Assembly: GCA_963803145.1 (NCBI GenBank)
Contig: CAWDLW010000049.1
Coordinates: 1 to 47,747 of the forward strand
Length of the DNA: 47,747 nucleotides
Source of the DNA: Methanotrichaceae archaeon
GTDB lineage: Archaea; Halobacteriota; Methanosarcinia; Methanotrichales; Methanotrichaceae
Direction: 5' to 3'
This document shows, one piece after another, positions 36,296 through 45,770 of this stretch. Every line of letters starts with the position of its first letter. The stretch's first letter is position 1. The notes beneath the pieces were generated by a model. It was not told where the DNA came from. It saw only the letters and a program-made list of their open reading frames with translations, and ran no database searches. Both the position numbers and the translations under genes were made by a program.

Positions 36296-37087
36296 CTATG
36301 TTAATTCGGCCAGCTTTGCATCCAGTGCTTCTGCCCGCTTCCTGATCTCGTCCGATGCCCTAGACACCAGCTCCTTGGCAGGCAGCGATCCGCCACTCTC
36401 TATGCTTAGAACGAAGCTATCGAGAATAGGCGTGAGCTTCATCACCCCAGCCTCGCACTCATCGACGCAGAGCTTGCAGAGAGAGCATTCCACTGTATTT
36501 GTAGCTTTCGCTCTGCCGTCCTCCATGACGAGCACATTCCTTGGGCAGACCTCGACGCACTTTCCGCATCCTGTGCAGGCGCCGACCTCTATACTCGGCA
36601 GGTTCTTGTAGCCGCAAAGTGTCCCGGACTGCCACTTGGCATGATCCTTGCCTACACGCTTTGTGGCAAAACCCTCTATTACTAGCTTCTCGCCTTCCCC
36701 AAGAACGACAATAGGGATCTTATCGAAGGCTGGCTTAATGCTAGGGTCAGTGAACTGGATATCCTTTGAATAGACTGTCCCTGGCCCTTCTGCCGAGAGC
36801 ATGAATTCTATGCGGCACCCAGGACAGCCAGCACCTCCACATTGGCATTCTTCAGGTCTAGAGAACTGATCTAGATCTTCAGCCTGCAAAGGCACAAGCC
36901 CGAGCCTGAGAGAGATCTGCTCATCAAACAGGACAGATGTGTTATCGTATATGCTTATCTCGTCTATCGCCAGCACCGGCACTTCGCTCATGCAGGCCCT
37001 ACGAATTCCGTTCGCAAAAGCGGCAGTAACGCCGCTGAGGAGAAACCTTATTCGGTCCTCCCTCAGCTCAATCAGCTCGAACTTCAA
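36296..37087 (-). CDS. rpo3: DNA-directed RNA polymerase subunit D (Rpo3) with ferredoxin-like insert
   Basis: ANGIRR...EVP, NTSVLFDE...RLGLVP, HAKW; CxxCxxCxxxC twice. Confidence 0.97.
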   Translation of the reverse strand: MKFELIELREDRIRFLLSGVTAAFANGIRRACMSEVPVLAIDEISIYDNTSVLFDEQISLRLGLVPLQAEDLDQFSRPEECQCGGAGCPGCRIEFMLSAEGPGTVYSKDIQFTDPSIKPAFDKIPIVVLGEGEKLVIEGFATKRVGKDHAKWQSGTLCGYKNLPSIEVGACTGCGKCVEVCPRNVLVMEDGRAKATNTVECSLCKLCVDECEAGVMKLTPILDSFVLSIESGGSLPAKELVSRASDEIRKRAEALDAKLAELT

Positions 37088-37089
37088 AC

Positions 37090-37479
37090 TTACACCCTTC
37101 GACCCCTCTTTCCACCCTTCGGCTTTGTGCCGTCATGTGGGATTGGGGTCACATCCTCTATTCTGCCGATTCTAAGTCCTGCTCTTGCCAGGGCCCTTAT
37201 GGACGCCTGAGCACCTGGTCCAGGAGACCTCTGTCTATTCCCGCCCGGCGCTCGAACCTTAACATGTACGCCTACAAGGCCCTTATCCTTAACAGCCTCA
37301 GCCACCTGCATAGCCATCTGCATGGCCGTGTAGGGTGAACTCTCATCCCTCGCTGCCTTCACGACCATTCCGCCTGAGATCTTAGCCAGCGTCTCGGCTC
37401 CTGTCAGGTCGGTAATAGTAATAATGGTATTGTTGAAGGACGAAAATATATGGGCAATGCCCCATTTACCATCTGCCAT
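37090..37479 (-). CDS. rps11: 30S ribosomal protein S11 (uS11)
   Basis: [27 protein letters not shown]. Confidence 0.98.
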   Translation of the reverse strand: MADGKWGIAHIFSSFNNTIITITDLTGAETLAKISGGMVVKAARDESSPYTAMQMAMQVAEAVKDKGLVGVHVKVRAPGGNRQRSPGPGAQASIRALARAGLRIGRIEDVTPIPHDGTKPKGGKRGRRV

Positions 37480-38016
37480 TTATCCTTCCACCCTGAGTGT
37501 CTTGGATGCCCTTTCTGGATGGCCTTCCTGGGTCATGGGCGATCCGATATAATAATCAATGGTCATCTCCTCGCCGCGCCTGACAAGATAGCTCGGTATA
37601 GTCACCTTTCGGCCTGAGACCTGAATGTGGCCGTGGGTTATGAACTGTCTGGACTGCCTCAGCGTATTAGCAAGCCCTTGGCGGTAGACCTGAGTCTGTA
37701 ATCTTCTCTCCAGTATATCAGCCACCTTCATAGAGAGAATAGCGTCAAGGTCACCGTCTTCCTTAAGCAGGCCAAGCCTCTTTAGCCTGTTAAGAATAGC
37801 CTCAGCCTCTGGAGGAGCCTGGCCCACTGCCGCGGCTGCAAGCAGATTTCGGCTGGAGTGCCTGTACTTTCTTAGAAATGCCTGAGCCTTCCACAGCTCC
37901 CTCTTGTTGCGGAGTCCGAATGCCTTTACTATCTCCACCTCAGAAGCGATTCTATCGGCCTGCCAGGGAGTGCGTGGCCTGCTGTACATCTTACGGTTTT
38001 TGCCTGGATATCCCAT
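37480..38016 (-). CDS. rps4: 30S ribosomal protein S4 (uS4)
   Basis: GLRNKRELW, LERRLQT, RQFITHGHI. Confidence 0.98.
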   Translation of the reverse strand: MGYPGKNRKMYSRPRTPWQADRIASEVEIVKAFGLRNKRELWKAQAFLRKYRHSSRNLLAAAAVGQAPPEAEAILNRLKRLGLLKEDGDLDAILSMKVADILERRLQTQVYRQGLANTLRQSRQFITHGHIQVSGRKVTIPSYLVRRGEEMTIDYYIGSPMTQEGHPERASKTLRVEG

Positions 38017-38024
38017 CTAAACCA

Positions 38025-38561
38025 CTACTCCTTCTTGGCGGGAGCTGCAGGTGCAGCTGTTCCTTCCCTCTTCCGACTTACGCCAACAATAGCGCCTGTT
38101 CTGCCCGTAGACCTTGTGCGCTGTCCTCTGACACGCAGGCCACGTTCATGTCTGATGCCCTTATAGCTCCTCATCTTTTTCATGAGGTCGAGATCTTCTC
38201 TCACCGCCATCGTGAGATCCATGCCCATGACATGCCTATCCGTGCCCGTTGTCATATCCTCACGTCTGTTCATCATCCAAACAGGCAATGTCTGGGTCGC
38301 CTCTTGCTCTATTACCCTCTTTAGAGCATCGATCTGATCATCAGGAAGTCGTCCTAGTATAGCATAAGGATCCACTTTTGCCTTATCGGCAAATATCCTG
38401 GCAGTCCTTCGGCCCACGCCCTCTATAGCCTCTAGGGCCATGTGGACCTGTCTCTTGCCTTCCAGGTCAGTATTCAATATGCGGACTATATGCTTGAGTT
38501 CATCGGCCTCTACGGCCTTCTTCGGCTTCTCATCAGCCTTCTTTGGTTTCTCTTTTGCCAA
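38025..38561 (-). CDS. rps13: 30S ribosomal protein S13 (uS13)
   Basis: HIVRILNTDL, YKGIRH..GLRVRGQRT; TTG start with GGAGG SD. Confidence 0.98.
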   Translation of the reverse strand: MAKEKPKKADEKPKKAVEADELKHIVRILNTDLEGKRQVHMALEAIEGVGRRTARIFADKAKVDPYAILGRLPDDQIDALKRVIEQEATQTLPVWMMNRREDMTTGTDRHVMGMDLTMAVREDLDLMKKMRSYKGIRHERGLRVRGQRTRSTGRTGAIVGVSRKREGTAAPAAPAKKE

Positions 38562-38588
38562 TTTATTCCTCCAGAAGTTTGCCCTCTG

Positions 38589-38669
38589 AAGCAGCCCTGG
38601 CTATAAGCCAGCGCCGCCCCTCGTCACATAGCGGGGCGTATTCTCGGATTAAACGAAAACGCACTGCTC
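38589..38669 (-). promoter_or_regulatory. Candidate structured 5' leader of the rps13 operon
   Basis: Outer stem enclosing two GC-rich hairpins just upstream of the SD. Confidence 0.45.
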
Positions 38670-38704
38670 ATACATAAGACTTATGATCTGTCGCCCTCGC
38701 ATCA

Positions 38705-39967
38705 TCAGCTTAAGGTGACATTTGAACCGAGGCTCTTCATGGCCTGGAAGAACCCGGGGTATGAGACATCCACCGACTCAGCCGTTTTAATCCTGGTTCC
38801 GCCTGCGATAATGCCTGCAACCGTCAATGCCATGACTAACCTGTGATCATCATAGCCGTTCACATCCGCCCCATGCAGCTTTCCGCCTATAACCTCAAGG
38901 CCGTCGGGACGCTCACTTATATTCGCGCCCATCTTGTGAAGCTCAGTTGCCATAGCATGCAGACGGTCAGTTTCTTTATGTCGCACGTGCTCTGCATTAT
39001 ACACAACAGTCTTTCCTTTTGCAACTGCGCCGAGTACTGCTATTGTCGGAACTAAATCAGGCGTAAGGCTCGCATCTATATCAATGCCTTTCAGCTCGCC
39101 GCCCTTGATCTTCAGATCGCCCAATTCCATATCCCAGGATACTTCTGCACCCATCCTGCGCAGAATATCGATGATAGCAGAGTCTCCCTGGCGAGACGGC
39201 AGGATTCCCTTGACAGTTACCTCACCACCTGTAACTGCTGCCGCCGCCAGGGGATAAGAGGCCGAAGAGAAATCGCCAGGAATTGTATAGCCTCTTAGGT
39301 TGTATGTCTGATTGCCGGGCACAAAGAACTCTTGGGCCTGAACATCAACGCGCACTCCTCCGTCGTTAAGCATATCCAAAGTTATCTCGGCATATGGCCT
39401 CGACTTCAGCTTTCCCTCGATTATGATTCTGCTATCGTCTTCAGCTAAAGGCGCTGCAATCAGCAGCGCCGAAAGAAACTGGGAGCTTACGCTGCCATTT
39501 AGCTTTGCTGTGCCGCCTTTTATTTTTCCTTGGACCACAAGAGGCGCTTTTCCATTTTTTCGTATGGAAAACGCGTTTGCACCCAGATCATTCAAGGCGC
39601 TGAGCAATGGTCCATTTGGCCTTGTGCGAATTGAGGCATCTCCTGTAAGCACAGCACCATCTGTGATGGCTGCCACTGCAGAGCAGAAGCGCATTGTGGT
39701 CCCCGAGTTTAGAACATTGATTATATCCTCTGGAGTCCCGGGACTATCTGAAACTCCCCGAATATTTATCTCATCGTTCAATGAAACTTCGGCCCCGAAT
39801 GCCTCAGATGCTGCGATTGTGGCTCGTGTATCCGCGGAAATGAGGGGCCTCTTTACAATGCCGCCAGGTCCGAGAGCAGTGATCAGAATGGCCCTGTGAG
39901 TATAACTCTTTGAGGGCGGAGCGTAGACCTCGCCCGAAATCTCAGAGCGCTCAACTGATGCTATCAT
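38705..39967 (-). CDS. aroA: 3-phosphoshikimate 1-carboxyvinyltransferase (EPSP synthase)
   Basis: PPSKSYTHR, NSGTTMRF, SSQFLSALL, KETDRL, DHR; likely start ATG 39967. Confidence 0.97.
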   Translation of the reverse strand: MIASVERSEISGEVYAPPSKSYTHRAILITALGPGGIVKRPLISADTRATIAASEAFGAEVSLNDEINIRGVSDSPGTPEDIINVLNSGTTMRFCSAVAAITDGAVLTGDASIRTRPNGPLLSALNDLGANAFSIRKNGKAPLVVQGKIKGGTAKLNGSVSSQFLSALLIAAPLAEDDSRIIIEGKLKSRPYAEITLDMLNDGGVRVDVQAQEFFVPGNQTYNLRGYTIPGDFSSASYPLAAAAVTGGEVTVKGILPSRQGDSAIIDILRRMGAEVSWDMELGDLKIKGGELKGIDIDASLTPDLVPTIAVLGAVAKGKTVVYNAEHVRHKETDRLHAMATELHKMGANISERPDGLEVIGGKLHGADVNGYDDHRLVMALTVAGIIAGGTRIKTAESVDVSYPGFFQAMKSLGSNVTLS

Positions 39968-40268
39968 AATCGAGGGATGGATCTGGAAGTATAAGAAGTA
40001 TGCTATGTCATAGCCTGGCATGGGGCTCATTTAATGACTTGGATTAAAATATAGAAAACAGCAAACAAGGAGACCCCACTCTCCTGCCCGGCCGTTTTAT
40101 CTTACGGCATTTACCATGTTACGACATTAGACGAATATAAACCTTACGCTTGTCGTGCCAAAATTAATGAGAATTTATTATCATTACCCCTACTATTATT
40201 CTAAGTTAGGTACGTATTGAAAACAGATTTAAAAGCAATACCCTGGCTTGATGCCTTGTCAATACATA

Positions 40269-41027
40269 TCAAGTCTCTCCCTGCCAAGGCGATGTATAAG
40301 AATCCCCTCTGGATATTGCCTTTGCTAGCCCTGCGGCCTCATCCGGGGTCAGCTCCTCAGGTCTCATCTCTAGCATAGAGGCATCCAGCTCTGCCTGTCG
40401 CTCCCTTGAAACGCCCATCGCTAGAAGAGCCCTCTTAATTTTCTTTCTTCGGCAGCAGAAAAGCCCCTCTACGAATTTGATGAACTCCACAGCATCCACC
40501 TCATGCTCTTTGGGTCGGAGCCGAACAACCGCCGATTTAACCGCAGGTACAGGCCTAAAGGCCGAACGAGGCACGACCTCCAGAATCTCTGCCCGGCTGA
40601 GATAGCCTACAATCATTGCCAGTCTACCATATTCATCCGTGCCGGGCTTTGCAAGCATGCGTTTTGCAAACTCTTGCTGATACATAAGCACCATTAGCTC
40701 AAAAGGCTTGCTCAGAAACCGAAGCGTTATCTTCGAAGATATCTGATATGGCAGGTTTGAAACTATTTTGTTATACTCCGGAATATCAACCTTCAGAGCG
40801 TCTCCCTTTATTACATTCACATTTGGGAACCTGCCCTGAAGATCAGCTGCTAAACCCGGATCTACCTCGATAGCATATACTTGGCCAGCTCGGGAAGCAA
40901 GAACCTCGGTGAGATTTCCGGTCCCTGGACCAACCTCTAAAACCCGATCACTTCCCGTGAGCTCCGAATAATCAGCAATACGCCTCAAAAGGGCTTGGTC
41001 AATAAGAAAGTGCTGACCTTTCTTCAT
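40269..41027 (-). CDS. rsmA: 16S rRNA adenine dimethyltransferase
   Basis: GQHFL, VLEVGPGTG, SNLPYQISS, YGRL. Confidence 0.96.
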   Translation of the reverse strand: MKKGQHFLIDQALLRRIADYSELTGSDRVLEVGPGTGNLTEVLASRAGQVYAIEVDPGLAADLQGRFPNVNVIKGDALKVDIPEYNKIVSNLPYQISSKITLRFLSKPFELMVLMYQQEFAKRMLAKPGTDEYGRLAMIVGYLSRAEILEVVPRSAFRPVPAVKSAVVRLRPKEHEVDAVEFIKFVEGLFCCRRKKIKRALLAMGVSRERQAELDASMLEMRPEELTPDEAAGLAKAISRGDSYTSPWQGET

Positions 41028-41605
41028 CTTGCACGGGGGAGAGTTGTGAAGATTCTGTACTTGATTTTGTCGTCCATCAGCTCATCCTCGATGCGCTTGG
41101 CGATTAGCCTTTCAGGATAATGGAGGCCTTTAACCCTATCAGTCAGATCCTTGAAGCTCTTGAAGGGCCCCTTCTTCCGCTCATTTAAAATTGCCCACAT
41201 CAGCTTCTTGCCTATACCCGGCAGAAGCTCGAGTGCATGCATACGTGTAGTGATCGGCCCGGCATCGTTAAAAAACCGAATGAATCTTGGCTCATTATCG
41301 AGCACAATCTTCTGAATCTCGAAGGGCAGCTCAATCTTTGCATTATTGGATAGCTCATCGTAATAGATTCTGCGGTTAACATGATCTATCACATCCCTTT
41401 CTCCACTGCCGATATAGACACGATCCCCTATTTTAGGAACGATGCCTTCTTTTGGGGTCATCTCCATGAGAACAAAATTAGCTTCACCCATCCCTTGAAT
41501 AAGTGGCTGCTTTTGGTAGCTCCTGGAATCGGGGATGCGTCCATAAGGAAGGTAATCGAGAACGCGAGCTAATTCTTCCTTCTTAGGTGGTCTCCCCTCA
41601 GCCAA
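41024..41605 (-). CDS. DUF655 (COG1491) putative nucleic-acid-binding protein
   Basis: VLDYLP, RMHALELLPGIGKK; conserved position after rpo4. Confidence 0.92.
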   Translation of the reverse strand: MAEGRPPKKEELARVLDYLPYGRIPDSRSYQKQPLIQGMGEANFVLMEMTPKEGIVPKIGDRVYIGSGERDVIDHVNRRIYYDELSNNAKIELPFEIQKIVLDNEPRFIRFFNDAGPITTRMHALELLPGIGKKLMWAILNERKKGPFKSFKDLTDRVKGLHYPERLIAKRIEDELMDDKIKYRIFTTLPRAR

Positions 41606-41611
41606 GCTACC

Positions 41612-41956
41612 CTACCCCCGCAGTGCGATATCTAAAATCCTATCAAGTTCTTCTTCGCTGAGAGTAAATCGCTCTTTAGCATAAATTGCTCTGAGTTCAT
41701 CTTTGGTCTTCGGCCTGATGTCGGCGATCTTTATGGCTATCTCCTGCGTCATCTTCTCGAGCTTCATAAGCTCCTCTACTATGCGCTTGCTTTCCTCCGC
41801 TGATCCTTTAGCGAAAATCTCTGCATGCCTCATCGCCCGCCGAAGCTCATAGCCCAGTTCCTCCTCATCAGCTCTACTGAGCTTGATCTGATCGAGAATC
41901 TCCTTGACCTCAGCCAGCGTCAGGAGTTCCTCCTTCACTATAGACTTAACTATCAT
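41612..41956 (-). CDS. rpo4: RNA polymerase subunit F (Rpo4)
   Basis: LTLAEVKEIL, ELGYE, KIADIRP...ELRAI; synteny. Confidence 0.95.
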   Translation of the reverse strand: MIVKSIVKEELLTLAEVKEILDQIKLSRADEEELGYELRRAMRHAEIFAKGSAEESKRIVEELMKLEKMTQEIAIKIADIRPKTKDELRAIYAKERFTLSEEELDRILDIALRG

Positions 41957-41975
41957 TTATTCAAAGCGACTGCAA

Positions 41976-42269
41976 TCATTTGTTCTGAGCGACTAAATGT
42001 TCGGGCAATGCGATCAGAGTCTTAGTTGCATCGCCATCTGTGATTTTGAGAACAAAGGCCCTGCCTCTTTTCCCCGTGATCTCTCCTGTCCTGCCATGGA
42101 ACTTAGGATGAGGCATTCCCTTATGCTTGCTTGGATCAAGGAGTACATGGACCTTCTGACCAGGCTCAAACTCCTGTATTGCCCTAATAACTGGTGAAAT
42201 GCCTCTGCCCCTGACCGGTTTACTCAGCTTGTCTCTTGTTTTCCTTCGCATTCCATGATTATGTCCCAT
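41976..42269 (-). CDS. rpl21e: 50S ribosomal protein L21e
   Basis: RRKTR, GMPHPKFHGRTG, PEHL. Confidence 0.97.
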   Translation of the reverse strand: MGHNHGMRRKTRDKLSKPVRGRGISPVIRAIQEFEPGQKVHVLLDPSKHKGMPHPKFHGRTGEITGKRGRAFVLKITDGDATKTLIALPEHLVAQNK

Positions 42270-43602
42270 TTAATTCTCCACCTACATTAACTACGTCCAG
42301 CTCTACAACCACCGCGTCAACTCTAAGACCGTCCGCAAGATTCGGACAGGTCCTGCCGCCATCCCCCGAGATAAGCTCCTTAATATAGAGGCCACTATCG
42401 CCCCTTATAATTATGCGCGCCCTGCGGCCTGTGAACTCGATTAGATCTACATCATATACATTTCTTACCCTGAGTTTATCTGCTCTTCGGTGAGATACGC
42501 GCGTTGGCGTACGCTGATCGACAGACCCTACCAATTCATTGAGCACCAATTTAAGCTTTTCTTCCGCCACTTCCGTCCCGAACTCAACCAGGGCAGAATA
42601 AGTCTTTCCAAAGGCCGCCTCTTTGAGGCGTTCCACCTCTTCCCCTTTAGCAGGCCGAAGCCCCGCGACTTCTACCTTGCCCTCCGTCCTGCAGTTTATT
42701 TCATCTTGCAGTACGCTCGGATCAAGCTCCCGTTTTCGCGGCCTCACAGCCTCGACTATGAAGGGCCTTCCAGTTCCGAGCATTAGGGCATCTATATCCT
42801 CGCGACCTGCGCCATGAAAGACTGTATCCTCCCCACCGCTAGCTTCCATTACGGAGGGACGAATAAGTTCATCCACAGATTCCTGGTACATCCTTCCCGT
42901 TCCGCTACAGCGTGGGCATCCTTTTCCATGACATATGCGACAGGGCCAACGAGTTTGAGGTATTCCGCGAACAAGTTTTCTATAGCGACCATAGAAGAAG
43001 ATAGAGGCAACCTGAAGCTCAACTTCACTCTTCTCCAGGTTCAAGTGAATAATGATGTCAGGCTCCTTTAGGTCAGCCTGCCTTTCAGTTCTCGCTGCGA
43101 TGAGTTTTCCAATCTCGCGATTTAACTCAGACTTGAAGGGCTCTGCATGCTTAGAGCCGCCATCTGCCAAGAGCAGCTCTTCGTTCTCGGCAAGAAGGCC
43201 ACTCATCTTTGTACCGACAAGGAATGTGCTGTACTCCCAGCCATCCAGGGCTTGAACTGCTTTATCTGCCCAATGATCTAAGTTTTCGGGCTTCATTTCG
43301 CCCAGGCAAACCCAGCATTTTGACTCTTCATCCTTCAGTCCAAGCTTAAGCCGCGCACTACGTGAACTGGGAGAAAGGTCCTCCAACAGAGCTTTATCAT
43401 CTGCAGATGATCCTCGCATTGCGAGCACTGTTTTTAACGATCTTCCGCGCTCAGCGTTTGTAAGACCTGTTGATAGCATGGCGAACTGCCGACCTAGGCA
43501 GCTATCGCAGATCGGTCCGAGCTTGATTATCCTGCGAGCTGTCTCCAGGATATCCTCTTTTGTGTTTTCTAAATTTGTGCACTCATTACTCATCGAATTC
43601 AT
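42259..43602 (-). CDS. pus10: tRNA pseudouridine(54/55) synthase Pus10
   Basis: CDSCLGR, GRYRK..RGIPQT, GAGREDID, QRTP.RV.HRR, GLYIKELISGD. Confidence 0.96.
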   Translation of the reverse strand: MNSMSNECTNLENTKEDILETARRIIKLGPICDSCLGRQFAMLSTGLTNAERGRSLKTVLAMRGSSADDKALLEDLSPSSRSARLKLGLKDEESKCWVCLGEMKPENLDHWADKAVQALDGWEYSTFLVGTKMSGLLAENEELLLADGGSKHAEPFKSELNREIGKLIAARTERQADLKEPDIIIHLNLEKSEVELQVASIFFYGRYRKLVRGIPQTRWPCRICHGKGCPRCSGTGRMYQESVDELIRPSVMEASGGEDTVFHGAGREDIDALMLGTGRPFIVEAVRPRKRELDPSVLQDEINCRTEGKVEVAGLRPAKGEEVERLKEAAFGKTYSALVEFGTEVAEEKLKLVLNELVGSVDQRTPTRVSHRRADKLRVRNVYDVDLIEFTGRRARIIIRGDSGLYIKELISGDGGRTCPNLADGLRVDAVVVELDVVNVGGELNGT

Positions 43603-43860
43603 ATCTCTTTCAAATCTCTACGATCAAGCCCATTATTTATGAGTTATATAAAGTCGAGCCTGGAAGCTACGCATATGAACCCCAGATAGCAATGGACTTC
43701 ATCGAACTTTGAGGCTGCGACGATAATGGTTGCTATAGCATCAGCATCTGAAATAAAACCACCAGAAAAGCAATAGCAGGGGATATCCATATATCCGCCT
43801 GCTCTTTGCAAAAATAAGAAGCGATTGGGATCTGGGCCTCTGGCCTAACGCCGCATTATC

Positions 43861-45579
43861 TTATGATGTAGCGTTTCCCTCCCAATCCTTATAGTAATCT
43901 TTGTAGAAGTCCGATTCATCCTTCAGCTCTAAAGTCTCGTCAATGCTGCCATTGCTGCCATGGTCTATGCTCAGAGGGATGCTGGTTCCATCGCCCTTCC
44001 AGGCCAGGAAGTCCAGATAGAGGGAATCGTTCGGCTTGAGGATGATTTCATCATTCCCGAAGAACTGCTCGCCCTTATCATCAAGGCGGTGCATCAGCAG
44101 CCCGTACTTGCCTGGCTTATTATTTCCTATCGTATCGAGGATGAATTTGCCGTGATTCAAATCCAGCTCTGCGCTGAGCTTTCCGCCCGATTCCACCTGG
44201 ACGCCACGGACCACAAACTCATAGTCCGCCTCTTTGGAATCAGTTCCGATGATGATGTCAGGGGACTCGGTATAGTTGGTCGTGTAGGTGAGCCTGTGGT
44301 CTTCTCCGGCATTCGAGACATCGATATGGTCCTGCTCTTCAGGATCAAGCCATAGATCCTGCACAAGCAAGTCGTATCCCGGTCCTATCATGGTCAGATT
44401 ATGATCGCTAGCCTTATCCAACCAAGTGCCGTCAACCATTATGGAGAAGTTGAGGCCCTCTGGCAGGAGATATTCTGGCCCTGATTCTGCATTGCGCCGA
44501 GAAGTCCCTTCTGTCGGTCTGCTGTCTACATGGCTTTTTATTTTGGCCTTGGGAATTTCGTTGATGAAGGTACCATTGCTGATCCGTCCTATTCTTCGGC
44601 CATGCTCATCAGTGATGAGCAGGTCGGCCAGGCCTTCCAACCATATCTGAACGTACTCTTCGCCCTTTATAACAGAAACCGAACCAGCTTTAACAACTTT
44701 TTCTTGTTCAGAATTATCATCACAGAAGGGGCATTCTTGCTGCTCCATCCGTTCGGAGTTGGGACTCAGGGTAATGTTTTTGCCTGTATAAATATCGGCT
44801 TCTCCTTCTGGTTCTGGTGTAAACTCAAAGGTGAAGGTGTCGCTATTGCGATCGAGCTCAATAGTCCTGACAGTATCGGGGTAGTTGGGATCGTACACGC
44901 TGATTTTGCCCATCCCATCCCCTTCTTCCTCGGCCTCAATAGGTGTTACCGCATGGCCGCCACCAAGACCGGATCCGCTGACGCCGAGGTAATAGGACTC
45001 CTTGGCATCTTTCCCTTCTGCCTGGATGCGCTCCAGCGTATCCAGAACGGCAGTAGGTCCGCTGATATTATTGAGATCTGCCGGCACCTCGCCATCTGTG
45101 ACCCACCAATAGGCAATCTCCCTCTGGAGAGGTTCGTTGTCTTTCAGAATCAAATCGTGAGCATCCGTGCCTCCAAACTTTTCAGGATCTACCAGCCCCT
45201 GATACATGAGAATACTTAGAATAACCATGCCGCCGCAGTGCCCTTCGCCCATTTCCTTGTTGTTCTCCTCCATCCAGCGTTCTGCAGGAGGCGTTAGGAT
45301 GCATGTATCGCCATTGATGTAGGAACAAACTTTATCCCCAAATAAACGTCTGACCTCTACAGGGGTTAGGTCTATAGTCGATGTATCATTGCCATAATTT
45401 TCAAAGCTGAACCCGTTGATCTCTGGGTTAAAATCATCCATAGCTTTTTCAAAAGTGGGAGCCTTTTGGCTTGCACCATCTCCATCAGCCTGATATTTTC
45501 CCCCTGGTTCTTCAGCCCACACTGTCATCAAACTCAGGGCAAAGAACATGCCCATAAAAGCTAAAATATATCCTCTCAT
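43861..45579 (-). CDS. Secreted acidic protein with putative papain-fold Cys-His-Asp/Asn domain
   Basis: Signal peptide; GFSFENYG, GHCGGM, GHAVTP, VYDPN; paralog of 45771..47723. Confidence 0.8.
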   Translation of the reverse strand: MRGYILAFMGMFFALSLMTVWAEEPGGKYQADGDGASQKAPTFEKAMDDFNPEINGFSFENYGNDTSTIDLTPVEVRRLFGDKVCSYINGDTCILTPPAERWMEENNKEMGEGHCGGMVILSILMYQGLVDPEKFGGTDAHDLILKDNEPLQREIAYWWVTDGEVPADLNNISGPTAVLDTLERIQAEGKDAKESYYLGVSGSGLGGGHAVTPIEAEEEGDGMGKISVYDPNYPDTVRTIELDRNSDTFTFEFTPEPEGEADIYTGKNITLSPNSERMEQQECPFCDDNSEQEKVVKAGSVSVIKGEEYVQIWLEGLADLLITDEHGRRIGRISNGTFINEIPKAKIKSHVDSRPTEGTSRRNAESGPEYLLPEGLNFSIMVDGTWLDKASDHNLTMIGPGYDLLVQDLWLDPEEQDHIDVSNAGEDHRLTYTTNYTESPDIIIGTDSKEADYEFVVRGVQVESGGKLSAELDLNHGKFILDTIGNNKPGKYGLLMHRLDDKGEQFFGNDEIILKPNDSLYLDFLAWKGDGTSIPLSIDHGSNGSIDETLELKDESDFYKDYYKDWEGNATS

Positions 45580-45770
45580 TCTCCCATCACCCGCAAATTA
45601 GAAGCTATTTTTAAATCAGCTTGCCCTCAATTTGTTGATTAAGTATATAATATAAACGGCTAGCTAAGAGAGTGATGAGTTAGGACACGTTATGAATCAA
45701 TTCACAAATTATTTATAGAAAAATTGATGAGGAATGCTGAGGGATTGGCCTGAAAACGGAAATAGTTTCA

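Noticed and set aside
36296-37087. Fe-S ferredoxin insert in Rpo3 as a novelty
   Set aside because: Already established for Methanosarcinales-type subunit D
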